Below, in pieces: positions 41,049 through 54,383 of a stretch of DNA of 64,000 nucleotides. The stretch comes from Eledone cirrhosa (taxonomy: Eukaryota), in NCBI GenBank assembly GCA_964016885.1, contig OZ024742.1:139190001-139254000 (forward strand), given 5' to 3'. Below the pieces are notes generated by a model, which ran no database searches, was not told the DNA's origin, and saw only the letters and a program-made list of their open reading frames with translations. The position numbers were made by a program, and so were the translations under genes. Each line of letters opens with the position of its first letter. The first letter of the stretch is position 1.

Positions 41049-42126
41049 TATATATATATATATATCAACTAGAAATAGATTGACATATATATATATATAA
41101 AATAAACATATGAAACGGTCACAGGGAATAATTTGTAAAGAATGTCAGCACACAGAGCTAGGTAGGTAACTAATTAAAGTTTAACTAGAACTTCAAATAT
41201 AGATACCTTTTAAAATGATTAATCTCCTTTGTATATATTTCTTTAAGTAAGAAATATATTTCACCAATTAATCCGTAAATCACAGTAGTCAAATCCTGGA
41301 TGGTCACCAAAGGAGAAGAAGATAACTATCTGCGTTTACAAAGCAAATGCAAATCTGTGAATGACTCGAACTATTTCTAGTTGATATGTAATGCTCAGAT
41401 CTGTTCATTGGAATCTTGGAGCTTATTATACAGTGGATATGGCGCATGTCTCTCAGACATGACAACCCTTAATTTTAATTTTGGATATATATATATATAT
41501 TGTTATACTTTGGGAGGGTCATCTTGTTTTTACAACAATATGGCGTAGGACAGAACAAAGGAGAGGCACAAAACAAAGAAAAGAATCCCCAGTCACTGAA
41601 GAGGTCACAGAATGGGTGACGAAAGAGCTTTGACAATATATGAACAACCGTCCGGTTGTGGAACCAACCAACCGGAAATTTATAAAACATTAGATAAAGA
41701 TTAGATAACGATTGCTGATGTATATTGTACGACAGAATTAGCTGAAAAATATTTTGAATGAACAAATAAAAGAGATATAGTAACCTATACATATTATAAA
41801 ATAGAGATGTTTGTTGGTTGGTACCTTCGCGTATCACACGAAAAAAAACGAAAAGTGACAATCGGAAAGTATGTACAGGATTGGGATAAGAGTATATACA
41901 AGAAAGTTTATTGAACGTCAGATGATTAAACGTCTGAAACATACTTATATTTACGTACAGCCGTACTAAGAGTGAGAAATGAAATTACGTTTCATTTTTT
42001 CCATTTATCGTTTTCGGTGCGCCCGGCCGATTAACTCACTCGATATGCAAATTAGGCTGCTCAGCCGTTAATATGCATAAGGAAAGTATATACTTTCAGA
42101 CGTCCAATCATCTGTCAGGAAGGTAT

Positions 42127-42169
42127 ACGCTGCTGACGATAGCTAATAAGCTTGAAACTAGTACATCGT
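42127..42169 (+). ncRNA. Minimal type I HHR
   Basis: ACGCTG-CTGACGA-tAGCT aata AGCTt-GAAAC TA GTA-CATCGT. Confidence 0.65.
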
Positions 42170-42583
42170 TCCTTTGTCAGTGTTGAACAAAAGGGAAACG
42201 ATGGTTGCTAAACACTGTACGGCTTAATTCGGGATGTTTGTTTACAAACAAACCGAGCATTATAATAAATGTTCGGTGAATCCATACGTACATATATATA
42301 TATATGTGTGCATGTATGTATATATATACGTACGTCTGTATACATATATGTATGTACATATACATACTTATATATATATAGAAATGTAAGTATGTATACG
42401 TACATACATATATGTATACAGACGTACAGTAGTATGTATATATATACATACATGCACATGTATATATATATATGTACGTATGGGTTTACCGAACATTTAT
42501 TATAATGTTCGGTTTGTTTGTAAACAAACAGCCCGAATTACGCCGCAACCATCATCGCCTTTTTGTTCAACACTGACACTGGA

Positions 42584-42626
42584 ACGATGTACTAGTTTCA
42601 AGCTTATTAGCTATCGTCAGCATCGT
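42584..42626 (-). ncRNA. Minimal type I HHR
   Basis: ACGATG-CTGACGA-tAGCT aata AGCTt-GAAAC TA GTA-CATCGT; perfect 6-bp stem I. Confidence 0.7.
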
Positions 42627-42965
42627 ATACCTTCCTGTCACATGATTGAACGTTTGAAAGATTTTCCTAAGAGTGAGAAATTGAAAATTAGAATTGGTAT
42701 ATTTCAGAGTACCAATTCTAATTTTCAATTTTTGCTGAACCGGCAACCGCTCTGTATAATCAGTTCCTGATTATTACAGGAATTCTATAAGAATCCAACA
42801 TTCATAATTTTCAATAAATAAGGGGAGTGCTAGGCTCTGACAATACCAACAGTATGAAACAGAAATCTGTCAGCTTATCTCCCTTTGTGTGTTGAAAAGG
42901 GAAGTAAGTGACATAGTCACTACTTTAAAACAGTAGCGTAAGGTCTTCAAGATGTTTTTAATTAA

Positions 42966-43006
<41 letters not shown>

Positions 43007-43047
43007 CGAAACATAAGTCAATTGCATGAACTCATAATCCTTTATTT

Positions 43048-43103
43048 ACTGCTATATATATTTTGATGATAGCCATTGAATGGCTATGACCTCATCAGGC
43101 AGT
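43048..43103 (-). ncRNA. Degenerate HHR (GAAA mutated to AAAA)
   Basis: ACTGC-CTGATGA-..ATAGCCA ttcaa TGGCTAT..-AAAA TATATA TA-GCAGT. Confidence 0.45.
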
Positions 43104-43175
43104 TAGTCAGTTCTTATATATCTTATATATGCCAGCTCTGTGTTTATGGTGTTGATGGTATCAGAGACTTGGGAC

Positions 43176-43213
<38 letters not shown>

Positions 43214-43708
43214 GGGCTATATATATAGTGATATAAGCTATGTGATAGCTTATATCACATAGGTATTTGTGTATTTAGTGTATCGTCAGTTCGTCTTTTT
43301 CCATTTATATTTGGTTTGTTGAATCTTATTTCGCGCTGATTTCTCTTGATTCGTTTTTTTTTTACATTGCATCACTGGAGATATCATCATCATCGTCGTC
43401 ATCCTCGCCCCCAACATCAATACTACTACCAGCACTATAACCAATTCCGCCACTAACATTACCACCATAAACATCATCATCATCGTTTTATCTCATTACA
43501 CTTACACCCATTTTCATACATAACACTAGGTTGTTGTCACACATTGTGATGTAATTAAGCACGAAGCAATAAACACCTGTCAACCGTTGATCCCAGTAAA
43601 ATCAGTGGCTTTGTCGATGAAGATAAGTGATATTAATTGGGACGGCATGTTAAGACTTGGGTGTGGATCTATCATAATTTTTCATAAGTTAGAATAAATA
43701 AAATGGTA

Positions 43709-44400
43709 ATCTATATATATAAAGTTGTAGTTCCTGTCTGTTTGTTTGTTTGTTCACGAACTCCTCCTATGGTTTTGGAGATAGACCCCTATAACCATAT
43801 GTATTCTGAAACTACATTGTCCAGGGTACTTGGATAAGTATATTTCATTTTAATCAAAGGGTTCCCCGGGGGCACACACGCCTGCTGAAAATGTTTTCCC
43901 TTCGATTTATATGAAATTTAAACCATATGTAAATGACAAAATAGGATGCCTATTCACAAAATTTCAGCAAATTTCAATATTAAAACACTCTAATAGGGGT
44001 TAAACCCCCTACAGTGAAAAATTTGGCGAATAAATGGAACAAGATGTGTTGTAACAAGATTGCATGAGAACTTGATTGAAGCAACCATCATATTCGGGGC
44101 TTACAAAGGTTAAGTTCTTCTTATTCCGAGGATTCTACTTATGCCAAGAGATAGCGAGTTGTCTTTTACATTTAAGAGGCTGCAGTTCCCAGTGAGGTCA
44201 TGCTTTGCCATGAACATCAATAAAAGTCAAGGTCAAACTTTCAAAACTATTGGTATAGATCTGACAAACCCATGTTTCAGTCATGGCATGTTATATGTGG
44301 CTGTTTCAAGGACTGGAACTTCAAAAAACTCTACATTTTAGCCAATCAAAGAAAGACAAGAAATGTTGTTTACCCTGAAGTTCTTCATTAGGACAAAGTA
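43709..44400 (+). mobile_element. Internally deleted Helitron (5' end + PIF1 helicase C-terminus)
   Basis: ATCTATATATATAAA..(TTTG)n start; [21 protein letters not shown]...[12 protein letters not shown]...TRNVVYPEVL. Confidence 0.85.
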
Positions 44401-45194
44401 TGAAATATATTTTCATGTATTTATTATGTAAAAAAATAAATAATTAAACTTTGAATTTCTAATTTGAAAATAATGCTTTACACAAAACTGAAATGATCAA
44501 GTTTTGAATTGATATTTTGAAAAATATTTACAAGAAACAAAATAAGAATAAGATTTAATAATGTAATTTTGATTTGATATATTACAAAAAATAATGTTTT
44601 GCAACTTTTCATGCATTACATTTTACATTGAGTAATATTGAAATGCAGAGTTTTTCTCCATAAATGATATCACTGATATCATTTTGAATTGAAGTCGCAA
44701 TCGTGAGATTGTGATTTTAATCTCCCGGCGATGCATTATATCTTTTATTTCACGTTGCTCTTTCTGCCTGGGGTTGCGACCGCTCGATCGTATTAGCAAT
44801 GGAAAGACCAATGAAAACAATGTTTGACGAGTTCCTCCCTGGAATCTTGTCGATCGATTCGATCACTGGGAAGTAACAACTTCTCTATTGATGAGCTGTG
44901 CTCAAGTTAGAATCTTTCGGGCGAAATTGTATGCATGTATGTATGCCTGTGTGCTTGCAAATTACTGTATGTATGTGTGTTTGTGAGAGGGAGAGTGTGT
45001 ATGAGTGACAGTATGACTGTACATATGAGTGAGTGTGTATGGCAGGATGAGTGTGTATTATTGTGTATGACAGGATATGTGTGTATGGTAGGATGAGTGT
45101 TTGTATGCCTGCATGTGCATGTATGTATATGGTATGAGAGGATGAGTGTATCTATGTGGATGTATTTATGCTGACAGCAATACAATGTGTTACA

Positions 45195-47340
45195 CAGATA
45201 GTATTTATGTGACGTGACGTAGACTGTACTTCAACTGGTGTGAGGGAAGTGTGCTTCAACTCGCGTTACATAGACAGTATTGGTGTGACGGCAGTGTACT
45301 TCAACTGGTGTGAGGGAAGTGTGCTTCAACTCGCGTTACATAGACAGTATTGGTGTGACGGCAGTGTACTTCAACTGGTGTGAGGGAAGTGTGCTTCAAC
45401 TCGCGTTACATAGACAGTATTGGTGTGACGGCAGTGTACTTCAACTGGTGTGAGGGAAGTGTGCTTCAACTCGCGTTACATAGACAGTATTGGTGTGACG
45501 GCAGTGTACTTCAACTGGCGTTACATAGACAGTATTGGTGTGACGGCAGTGTAATTCAACTGGCGTTACATAGACAGTATTGGTGTGACGGCAGTATGCT
45601 TCAACTGGCGTTACATAGACAGTATTGGTGTGAGGGCAGTGTACTTCAACTGGCGTTACATAGACAGTATTGGTGTGAGGGCAGTGTACTTCAACTGGCG
45701 TTACATAGACAGTATTGGTGTGAGGGCAGTGTACTTCAACTGGCGTTACATAGACAGTATTGGTGTGAGGGCAGTGTACTTCAACTGGCGTTACATAGAC
45801 AGTATTGGTGTGACGGCAGTATGCTTCAACAGGCGTTACATAGACAGTATTGGTGTGAGGGCAGTGTACTTCAACAGGCGTTACATAGACAGTATTGGTG
45901 TGAGGGCAGTGTACTTCAACTGGCGTTACATAGACAGTATTGATGTGACGGCAGTGTACTTCAACTGGCGTTGCATAGAGAGTATTGGTGTGAGGGCAGT
46001 GTACTTCAACTGGCGTTACATAGACAGTATTGGTGTGACGGCAGTGTACTTCAAATGGCGTAACATAGACAGAATATTCTGACGGTAGTGTACTTTATCT
46101 GATGTTATAGAGATACTATTGGTGTGGTGGTACTGTGCTTCAACTGGTGTAACACAGACAGTAATGTTGTGACGACAATGTACTTTAACTGGTATTACAA
46201 AGATAGTCAAGGTGTGACTACAGTGTACTTTAACTGGTAATACAGAGATAGTCATGGTGTTACGACGGCGTACTTTACCTAGTCCAGGTATGATGGAGAT
46301 TGTACGTGAACCAGTGTACTGGTGTGACGACAGTGTACTGTAACTGGTTTTAGGTAGATAGTATTGATGTCACAACAGTGTACTTTATCTTGTGTTTCAC
46401 AGATAGCATCTGTGTGAGGAGAGTGTACTTTTACTGGTGTTACAGAGATAATCTTGTTACGACAACAGTGTACTTCAGGTGTGACATAGATAGTATTGGT
46501 GTAATAACAGTGTACTTTACCTGGTGTTAACAGATACGGTCTTGGTGCGATGGCAGTGTACGTGTGTTGGTGTTACTTAGGTAGTATTAGTTTTAAAAGA
46601 GTACATCTCGGCTGGTGATACACAGATACCGTCTTGGTATGAGGACAATGTAATTTAACTGGTATCAGGACAGACAGTCTTGGTTTGGTGTGTCAGTAGT
46701 GTTTTTCTACTGTTGTCAATAGAAAACATCTGGTCTAATGACTGTGTACTTTAAATTGTGTTACACAGACAGTATTGAAGTAATGCCAGTGTAATTCTAC
46801 AAATGTTGCATAAAAGTATTTATGTGGTGACAGTGTACTTTAACTGGTGTCACACAGACAGTATTGATGCGATGGTAGTGTACTTCAACTGGTTTACGAA
46901 GATAGTATTGGTCTGACAGCTGTGTACTTCTACTGTTGCTACATAGACAGTAGTGGTGTGGCAGCTGTGTACTTTAACTGGTGTTACACAGATAGTTTTT
47001 GTGTGACAACCGTGTACTTTGACTGGCGCTACAGAGATAGTATCGGTGTGACAGCTGTGCAATTGAGCTAGTTTTACACGGATAGTATTGGTATAACGGC
47101 AGTATACCTCTACTGGTACCAATACAGACAGTATTCGTGTGACCACAGTGTACTTTCACTAGTGTTACGAAGATAATATTGATGTGACCATAATGTACTT
47201 TGACTGGTGTTACGATGATAGTATTGAGGTGACCACAGGTACGTTGACTAATATTACATAGATAGTATCAGTGTGACGTCAGTTGACTTCAACTGGTAAC
47301 AAAATGGATAGTATCGGTGTGAAGACAACGTACTTCATCT
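45195..47340. repeat. 45-bp minisatellite with four 70-bp variant units at the left end, decaying rightwards
   Basis: Unit TTCAACTGGCGTTACATAGACAGTATTGGTGTGAGGGCAGTGTAC; 70-bp period 45231-45510. Confidence 0.95.
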
Positions 47341-47825
47341 TTAGTTAAGAATTTCGCTTCTGTGCTACGTACTTTCTAGAAAAACTAGGCAGTTAGTATC
47401 ATTGGTAGGTGTATTCTGACATAGCTTTGGGGTCAACCTAAGCCTTGGGAGGAAGATTTGGTAGATAGAAATGTGTGGAAGCCTTAACAAATGACTGTTC
47501 TTGTGTGGAATCTCGTGGAATGGACTGTACTTGTAATACAAAGGGCCATACTTGTCAAACACTGTATCACCGTGAATCTCCATGAGAATTCCTTCATGTG
47601 TACTAGTGTATGTGGAATGCCCGACCACATACATGTTAATTTCATGAGCTAACTGTTTTCGTTGATCGAACAACTAGAACAGCTCCTCGTCGAAACCGAC
47701 GGAAGTTCATTCTTTCTCCCATTTCTTCAGGTCAACGTGTCAAAAATGTCTCTTTCCCACGATGGGTTGGTGATCTGAGATGTTTTTTTTTAATTTTGCT
47801 TTCGTGTGTGAAAGATAAGAGTCTA

Positions 47826-48225
47826 ATAATTGCACAAGGCCAGCAATTACCCCAGTGTATTACTGTTACTTTATTTTATCGACCCCGTAAGGATGAAAGG
47901 CAAAGTTAACTTCGGTGGGATTTGAACTCAGACCGTAAAGGCCCGTAACTCTATGCTGCAAAGCATGGCGTTCGACCCTCTACCGATACTGCCAATCCAC
48001 CGATAAGAGTCGAATAATGGTGTCTAAATTAAGCACAATGCCAGCAATGTTACAGGCGGATGGGGGAGGGAATCGATTACTTTCAATCAGGTACTTTATT
48101 TTATCAACCTCGGAAAGATGAAAGGAAAAGTTAAACTCGGCGAAATTTGAAGTCAGAACGTAAAAAGCCTGAACAATCACCGCACAGTTTATTGTCCGAC
48201 GCTCTAACAATTATGCTAATCCACC
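47826..48225 (-). mobile_element. Two tandem SINE copies
   Basis: GCACAAGGCCAGCAATT...ATCGACCCCGTAAGGATGAAAGGCAAAGTTAAC...GGATTTGAACTCAG. Confidence 0.8.
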
Positions 48226-48484
48226 AGGACTGGGGGGTAATAATGACAAAGTGACTAACATTTAGAGTAAGGCAGGTGAACAGGATATCCTGATATTCAT
48301 AGCATTCTAAGCGATATGCACTTCAAGAAGTAACAGAAACTGAGTAACCATAACGACTCTTTATCAGCTTACATCATGATTAAAAGCCAAAACAACTATT
48401 AAGGTTATGTATGTTAAGTATTATGACTACTCACCCTCACCCATCTATTTCTCTTTACCTCTCTCTGAAATTTAATGTTAGGTG

Positions 48485-48810
48485 TTTACTTTGTACCCGT
48501 CTTTGGTGTCCTTAGTTCCAGCACGGCTGATTTATTCCGTGAAATTGGACAGATAGGGGCCTGCTTGAGGTGGGAGTCCCGTGAGGTGGGGTGGCTGTTG
48601 CAGCGGGTGTCTCTAGCTATTTTACGCGGTAACGCCTTTGCATTTTTGTCCTTGGAGTGCGGCTAAGCCACCGCCCACACGGGAGTGTACTGTCTGTCCC
48701 TTCTCTCCTTTTCTTTCCTTGCTCGAATCTTTTTTTTCTTCTCATTTCCATTTTGTTCTTTCTTTTCTGTTCCGTCTGATAGTGTTTTATTTTTGTATAA
48801 ACAGCTGTAT
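48485..48810 (+). mobile_element. CRE-like 3' fragment
   Basis: FGVLSSSTADLFREIG...WLLQRVSLAILRGNA. Confidence 0.75.
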
Positions 48811-48934
48811 TCAGTTCTATGTAAGGTTGAGCTAAAATATAGCACAAGGTCCTGAACATATCGTTAAAATATTGATACGACGCTCATTAAAAAAATTCAC
48901 TATTTGTATTATTCGTTCATTCATTATTAATTAG

Positions 48935-50120
48935 AATCCATGGCTTTTTGAATGACTTCTAATTAATAATTGTTTCTACTTTAGGCACAAGGCCAGCAAT
49001 TACCCAGTGCATTACTGGTACTTTATTTCATCGACCCCGTGAGGATGAAAGGCAAAGTTAATCCCGGCGAGGTTAACTTTGCCTTTCATCCTTACGGGGT
49101 CGATGAAATAAAGTACCAGTAATACACTGGGTAATTGCTGGCCTTGTGCCTAAAGTAGAAACAATTATTAATTAGAAGTCATTCAAAAAGCCTTGGATTG
49201 ACCGACTCGTTACAACGTCGGGTAAATGTCTAGCAGTTACAACGTCGGGTAAATGTCTAGCAGTATTTGCCAGTTCTTTCCGCCCTGAGTTCAAATTCCA
49301 TCGAGGGTGACTACGCTTTTCATCCTATGTAGGTCGATAAAATAAAGTACTAGTAAAGTACTGGTGTTGATTTTACCAAATTTACCCGTCCTCCAAATTT
49401 GATGGCTATGTGACTTAATGAAAAATTAATTATCAGAAGTTGAAGAAGAATTGATCGCAGTATTCGACAGGTTCTGGTACTTTATTTGTCGACTGACCAT
49501 GAAAGAACGATGGCAAAGATCTCCACATCGCCTAAATTCAATAATAATTGTTTCTACTTTTAGCACAAGGCCAGCAATTACCCCAGTGCATTTCTGGTGC
49601 TTTATTTTATCGACTCCATAAGGATGAAGGGCAAAGTTAACCTCGGCAGGATTTGAACTCAGAACGTAAATGGCCATAACTCTAAGCTGCAAAGCATGGT
49701 GTCTGATGCTCTACCGATACTGTCAATCCAATCCATTAATAATCGTTTCTTATATAGGCACAAGGCCATCAATTTTGTGGGAGGGGTACTGGTACTTTAT
49801 TTTATCGACCCCGTAAGGTTGAAAGTTAACCTCGGCGGGATTTGAACTCAGATCATAAAGAGGTGTAACTCTATGCTGCAAAGCATGGCGTCCGACCCTC
49901 TACCGATACTGCCAATCCACCGCCTTCCAATCCATCAATAATTGTTTCTACTTTTGGCACAAGGCCAGGAATCACACAGTGCATTATTGGTACTTTATTT
50001 TATCGATCCCGTAAGGATGAAAGGGAAAGTTAACCCTGTCGGGATTTGAACTCAGACCATAAAGGGCCGTAACTCTTTTCTGCAAGCATGGCGTCAGACC
50101 CTCTACCGATATTGCCAATT
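48935..50120. mobile_element. SINE cluster: SINE palindrome (48935-49199), a plus copy, and three tandem minus copies (49540-50120)
   Basis: Repeated family core; ~130-bp inverted arms. Confidence 0.8.
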
Positions 50121-50165
50121 TAAGTCCATACATTCATACATACATGCATACATACATACATACAA

Positions 50166-53100
50166 TTGTCAGTCCCCCAGAATAAACATGGAATCAACAA
50201 CACGTGCTACAGGTTGCCATGCTACTAGACTTCCTAGCAGCCAGGTAAAACAGAGCCTTGAAACAGCTATGCCTGTAAGAAGTTGACACCACCTGTACCA
50301 TCTGAGCCTACCTCGAATGCTGGGGAAAAAACTATCGATAATAATAACAATCGAAGAAATAATAATAATAATCTAAGAAATTTGACACCACGTGTACCAT
50401 CCGAGTCTACCTCGACTGTTGTGGAAAATACTATCGATAATAATAATCAAAAGTATAAACAATTGAAAATTTCCCTCAACGAAATCTTCCAGAGAGAAAT
50501 TAATTCATGTATAAACATTTCTCTTGCTGAACATATTAAAACAACAATATCTAATAAAATAAAACCAAATAATGAAATATTGCGTGTTATTGACGAAATA
50601 GGGGATGCATATTTATGACGGATTAAAACTCCAACATTTAAGCAAATCAACGCCTGCTTATATGCCTTAGCAACGACAGTGAAGCATTTTCTTGGTGATA
50701 GAGATACAAAACACCACCAAAAATACCATCATATATAACTAAAATAGAAAAAAAGATTGCTGACCTACAAAAAAAAACTAGGATATGTGACAATGCTCCT
50801 TACATGCAAACAAAAACAAAAAGAACTTCACTCCTCACCAACAAAGAGTGAAAAATAAAATAGAAACGATGTTTGGTATCAGTAGAACCAGAACTCTTCA
50901 ATATAAGCTGATCACCCTCAAACAAAAATTGAGAGCTGTCAGCGAGAAACGCCGATACCTGAAGATGGTAGATGAAAGAAAAGTGCTTATTAAAAGATTC
51001 AGACGAAACCAAAGATCAGTCTATAGAGATACGAAGGGCAAAATAATAAGTGTCAGAAAGACATAGATTCCCTTTGGAGAAAGATATGGGGCGAAAATAA
51101 GAATTTCAAACAAGATGCAGTGTGGCTAAAAGAAATCCAAAAGAACTATTGCTCCTACTCTACAACAAAAAACATACGAAATGAATGAGGATACCCTTGA
51201 GACTATGAAAGGAAAACTCCAAGATAAGAAAGTACCAGGAAGAGGCATGATTGTCGGCTACTGGTACAAAATACTGATATTCTATCGGAGGTGTGTTATC
51301 GACCCCTACCAACAAGTTCTGAAGTGAGATACACTTATACCAGCACAAACAATACTGGTTCCCAAGAACAAAGACAGCCACTTGGCAAAAATCTACCGAC
51401 CCATTGCATACCAGAACTTGATGTATAAGATGTATACAGCCTGCCTGAACATATTCCTCCAAGATCACTGTGAAAATAATAACATCATCACAGATGAACA
51501 AGCAGCTGGAAAGAAAGGGATTTGGGTGTGTGCTGAACAACTCTTAATCATCAAAGCAGCGATGTCGGAGGTGCGACAACTTAGGAGGAATATGGCTACA
51601 GTCTGGCTGGACTACAGGAAGGCTTTCGATTCTGTTCCCCACTTTTGGATGATAGTGGCACTCCGACTTGCTAAAGTCCCAGACATTATCATCAGAGCCA
51701 TAAAGAAGCTGTCTTCTTCTTGGGCTACTATCCTAAAGTTAAAAACAGAGAAGGAGGTCTCTATTTTTACTGATAAAATAGAATATCACAGGGGTATATT
51801 TCAAGGAGACAGTCTCTCAAGAACATAGATGGGATGAAGAAAAATCTTGACCAGGTTACAACATTCTCAAAGGTTATAGAGTGTTCATATATGACTATAA
51901 AGCGAGGAAGAAACTACAACCCAATCTAGCAACATTGTCATCAATGGCCAAACTGTTTCACCGATACCTGATGAGGACTGCTACAGATACCTGGGGATAG
52001 ATGAGAAAATAATGGTATTTGTAATAAGGAACGCGTAACCAGCGGATATTACACCTGATTAAGAAAAATATGGTCATCCGAACTCTCTGCGCACAATTAA
52101 ACAGTGGCTCACAATGTGTTTGCTGTGCCTGTCCTAACACCAATTGGACGATAGACGAAATCCGAGCAATTGATGTTAGGACTCGAAAAATACTAAACAA
52201 CACCGGAAACTTCCACATCAACAGTGACATAGACCGCCTCTACTTGAAACGTAAGCAGGAAGGGAGATGCCTAACATCAGTCCAGACAGCATTTGAATGT
52301 CGCATCCTATCCCTCCGACAACATCTACGAACCTCGAGCGTAGGAGCTCGTCTCTCGAGCAAGTCTATCTGCATGAGACAGATAAGATCATGAGGGTTGG
52401 GAAGGAACACCTTCAACGATATTCCCTGCGTGTTAATCAAAAACTCACACCCAGGGAAGTTTCTCAGCAGTACCGCAGTGAATCCATAGATGAGAAACTG
52501 CATGCTTAACAGCAACAAATCATGCAGGGATATGTTGCCAGGAGGAGCCAGAGTGAGAATAATATAGATAAGCATAGTAGTTTATCTTGGACCAACAATC
52601 GCTATATTGGCACCCAATTTGAAGGATACGCTTTTGCAAACCAAGAACAGGAAATCAATACGAAATACCCGATTCACAAAAGAGATAGGGATGCAGTCAA
52701 AACACCTAGATGTGACAACAAGTGCTAACTCTGTAGAATTAGCATCGAAGATGTCACCCATGTCGTAAGCAGCTGTCTAAAGGTGTCATCGCAGTACATT
52801 TATCTATGAGGCATGATGTAGTGACGAAAATACTGTACAATGCAATCCATAGTAAAGATATCCTCGATAATAAACACATTAAAAGCTACAGCAATGTAGA
52901 AGATATACATATACATAATATAAAAGAGTACTGGTGAAATGTTCCAGTAAAAACACCAATAAAATGCAGGCATAACAGACCAGATATAATGATATGAAAC
53001 AGGGAAAAGAAGGCATGCAAAGTAGTGGAAGTTCGCTGCCCAGCAGATGCCAATATAATATCAATGATTAGCGAAAAGGAGAATATTTATGCAGAACCCA

Positions 53101-53520
53101 TGAGAAATCTGCAGATACTTCACCCTGACTATACCTTCAGATTTATGCCTGTCATTATTGGGGCACGGAGATATGTTAGTAACCGCCTCAATACAAATCT
53201 TGAGAAGCTGGGCTTCACAGAAACAGAAAGAACACGACTATTTGGGAAATTGCAAGTACAATCCATTAATAGAACAGTAAAAATATGTAAAACATTCCAA
53301 AAATTCTGCATCTGATAACTTCATATACACATGTACAGATACAAATCATATGAACATGCACACATAAAACTCAAAACATACACATACAATAACATCCATA
53401 CCTGCACACACATGCAGACCTGCTGATATGCATAAATATATACCTAGTTGATGTGTAAATTCCAATGAGAGAGTCTTGTGTCTATGTTAGGAACCAACTC
53501 TCTCTCTATTGGTAAAAATG
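50166..53520 (+). mobile_element. Decayed R4/Dong-like RLE retrotransposon between (CATA)n tracts
   Basis: YRPIA.QNLMYK, WLDYRKAFDSVPH, GIFQGDSLS, YRYLGI, IDRLYLKRKQEGR, QEQEINTK, RHD, NRPDI, PVIIGA; (CATA)n at 50127-50164 and 53534-53555. Confidence 0.85.
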
Positions 53521-53831
53521 TATAACCAGAAGAACATACATACATACATACATATACTTGTGGAGCAAATTGTATGTAATGAAATAGCAAAGTTTAACAG
53601 AGCATTTAATGAGTTTAATAGGGAGTTAACTGACGAGGGTCGTGCAATCCACACACTCCAGTCAGTCAGTGATGATGCATATATATATATAGTGAAAATT
53701 GGAACGGCAACAAAGACAGAGAGGCAGTACAAACAAAGGTTTATTAGTTTCACGCTCTGGAGAGTGGGATCACGATTGATGGCGCACTATCTCTCTGGTG
53801 TGTTATCTTTTCAACATATTGTATTATATAT

Positions 53832-54382
<551 letters not shown>

Positions 54383-54383
54383 C

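Larger units (their letters stand above)
41940..42660. mobile_element. HHR-bearing pLTR-like repeat in inverted arrangement
   Basis: ~42100-42300 inverted against ~42460-42660; homologous to 61101-61620. Confidence 0.75.

Noticed and set aside
45195-47340. CRISPR array or repeat-protein gene (ORFs 45380-45943, 45585-46082)
   Set aside because: Units are contiguous with no unique spacers, there are no cas genes and the context is eukaryotic; the ORFs arise because 45 is divisible by 3
53735-53820. TTGAAAA...GAAAC HHR-like motif on minus
   Set aside because: Stem I does not pair and stem III lacks the C-G pair
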